From Nitrospirota bacterium (GTDB lineage: Bacteria > Nitrospirota > Nitrospiria > JACQBW01), in NCBI GenBank assembly GCA_016194305.1, contig JACQBW010000008.1, positions 85,684 to 149,683 of the forward strand: a DNA stretch of 64,000 bases, written 5' to 3'. Numbering within the stretch: the stretch's first letter is position 1; each line of letters starts with the position of its first letter. The position numbers and the translations under genes are program-made. Shown piece after piece: positions 62,342-64,000 of this stretch. The notes beneath the pieces are model-generated. The model saw nothing but the letters and a program-made list of their open reading frames with translations, was not told the DNA's origin and made no database searches.

Positions 62342-63895
62342 TTAAAAATCATCGTCCCAGAGGATCTTTCCCTCTTCACTGACTAACGCAACGCATACAC
62401 GGTCTTTTTGTCGATCAAATCTGAAGTTCAGTAATTCCTTTTCTGTTGCATTATACATTGCATTGAAAGCCCGGGCAGCTTCCTTGCTTTTCCAGAATTC
62501 ATACGTGTCAATCGTCTTTTTTACGAAAATCTTTTGAGGACAAATGGCAAATACATTGATCTTCTCATGGGTTCGTTGTAAGGCACGGGCAAGCGGACTT
62601 TCCCCCGGCAAGGAAGCCGGTAGTCCGAGCTGACGGCGGCTTTCCTGGGCATCTTTACGCAATTCGGCAAGTTCGTCATAGAGATAAATCATCTTAAACC
62701 CATTTCGCTCCAGAATGCCCTGGCGAACATCCATGACCCGGAAAATACGGGCAAGCACCGAGGTTAGATTGGGTTCCTCTTCAAAGTCAGAATTGAGCGG
62801 CAAGACAAACAGGAGGTCGCAATGATGTACCGCGGCAATCACACTCGGAAGATTATCAATCACTCCGCCATCTTCAAAATATTGACCCTTTCTTTTGAAA
62901 TACGGAAAGAGCGGGGGCAGATCCATAGAGGTAAATACCGCCGCTTTTAATTCTTCCATAAATTTTGTGCTTTCTCCGGCAGGGTCGAGAATATCGTATT
63001 TTATTCCGGAAATAGGCACAGGCGCGGCTTCATTGGTGGCACACTCCAATTCTCCGGTCCTTACATTTGAACGGGTGAAAAAGAATTTGATCTCGGATGC
63101 TCGAATCGTATCGGATATTTTCTGATCCTTGCAAAACAGGGATTCAAAAACATTTTGCCAGGGTATTGAAGAGAGAAAGGCATTTCGGAAAAAGGGAATG
63201 TACCAGGAGGGTGCTGTAAGCGATTTTGCGTTGATCAATCCCCACCAACGTTCGTGAATACTCTTGCCCTGCCATTCCGGATAGGGCTGGATGAACCGGG
63301 CAAGCCAGAACAGGGCATTCCATGAACCAATCGAAGTTGCGGCAATTACCTTGACTTTTTCAAGTGCGCCCCTTTTTTCCAGGAAGCGATAGATGGCTTT
63401 CATTGATCCGGCCTGGAACGCCCCTTTCGCTCCTCCTCCCGCCAAAACGATACCGATCCGCTTTACATGATCAAATTCCTTTGAAGTGGTTACCGGCACG
63501 TTCATCGTACTTGGTATGCCGGAGGGATAATGTTGAGGTTTCCATTTTAGCCAGATGAGGATCCCATTGAGCAGGACAGACAGATTGTAGGCCACAATGA
63601 ATCCTAGAACCAGGATAAGCATCAGAAAATTCGCCAAAAGGAATTCATTGAAATTATTGAGAAGGGGATTGGTCGAACCCGTGGGGAAGAACAGTGCCAA
63701 TAAATCCCTGGTCCACCGGAATCCATAAAAAATCCAAAAAAGTGTCATGAAGAAAAAGGATATGGAGAAAGCCCACGGCAAACGAAATAGGATCCAGACC
63801 GGCAGGAAAGAGACCTGTTTCAGGATATTCATCATGGTATTATTCACAATCCCTCTATTTTTGTGCCGAGCTGATCTTAAATCAATCCAGAGCAT
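62342..63895 (-). CDS. Patatin-like phospholipase with N-terminal membrane helices
   Basis: VLAGGGAKG, ATSIG nucleophile elbow, DGG; start may be ATG 63835. Confidence 0.85.
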   Translation of the reverse strand: MLWIDLRSARHKNRGIVNNTMMNILKQVSFLPVWILFRLPWAFSISFFFMTLFWIFYGFRWTRDLLALFFPTGSTNPLLNNFNEFLLANFLMLILVLGFIVAYNLSVLLNGILIWLKWKPQHYPSGIPSTMNVPVTTSKEFDHVKRIGIVLAGGGAKGAFQAGSMKAIYRFLEKRGALEKVKVIAATSIGSWNALFWLARFIQPYPEWQGKSIHERWWGLINAKSLTAPSWYIPFFRNAFLSSIPWQNVFESLFCKDQKISDTIRASEIKFFFTRSNVRTGELECATNEAAPVPISGIKYDILDPAGESTKFMEELKAAVFTSMDLPPLFPYFKRKGQYFEDGGVIDNLPSVIAAVHHCDLLFVLPLNSDFEEEPNLTSVLARIFRVMDVRQGILERNGFKMIYLYDELAELRKDAQESRRQLGLPASLPGESPLARALQRTHEKINVFAICPQKIFVKKTIDTYEFWKSKEAARAFNAMYNATEKELLNFRFDRQKDRVCVALVSEEGKILWDDDF

Positions 63896-64000
63896 ACAGG
63901 CCAGATTTTGAATGGGTGACCTTTGGACGCTATGTCGAATTAGAGATTAGTCATCTCGCCACCACATTTCAAGACATTCCGACTTCTTAAGGGAATAGAG

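Noticed and set aside
42136..64000. Intact prophage or integrative element downstream of the tRNA
   Set aside because: No integrase, transposase, phage or conjugation genes, and no second att copy seen.

Overview
Bacterial chromosomal window; the repeat style and a CxxC/CxxCG mini-protein suggest a Nitrospirota-like organism, but this is only an inference. Positions 1-34 kb hold a flagellar gene cluster in two converging halves. The + half is flgF-G-A-H-[B12 radical SAM]-flgI-J-M-N-K-L, then a sigma54-driven glycosylation pair (GT41/SPINDLY-like OGT and a GT-A/methyltransferase/TPR/GT-B fusion), a sigma28-driven alphaproteobacterial-type flagellin, an unknown ORF ending in a flagellin-like tail, flbT, flaF, a response regulator and a PilZ protein. 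The - half is a FleQ-like activator, TPR protein, FleS/FleR-like pair, flgBC, fliEFGHIJ and a MotE-like gene. Positions 34-42 kb hold an ABC exporter, a MarR-TolC-EmrAB efflux operon and tRNA-Leu(CAG). After the tRNA come an att-like scar and a patchwork of stress, redox and metabolic modules: ArsR-SRPBCC, Spy/CpxP two-component system, GH15, nitroreductase, Mo-oxidoreductase/cytochrome b, ElbB, GGDEF-EAL, MarR with a QueG-like/SCP2 fusion, an Rrf2 regulon and a patatin. The most notable items are the hybrid flagellar regulation with a candidate flagellin-tail mimic, the flagellin-modification enzymes, and two families of structured intergenic elements. No CRISPR array, rRNA, transposase or integrase was seen.
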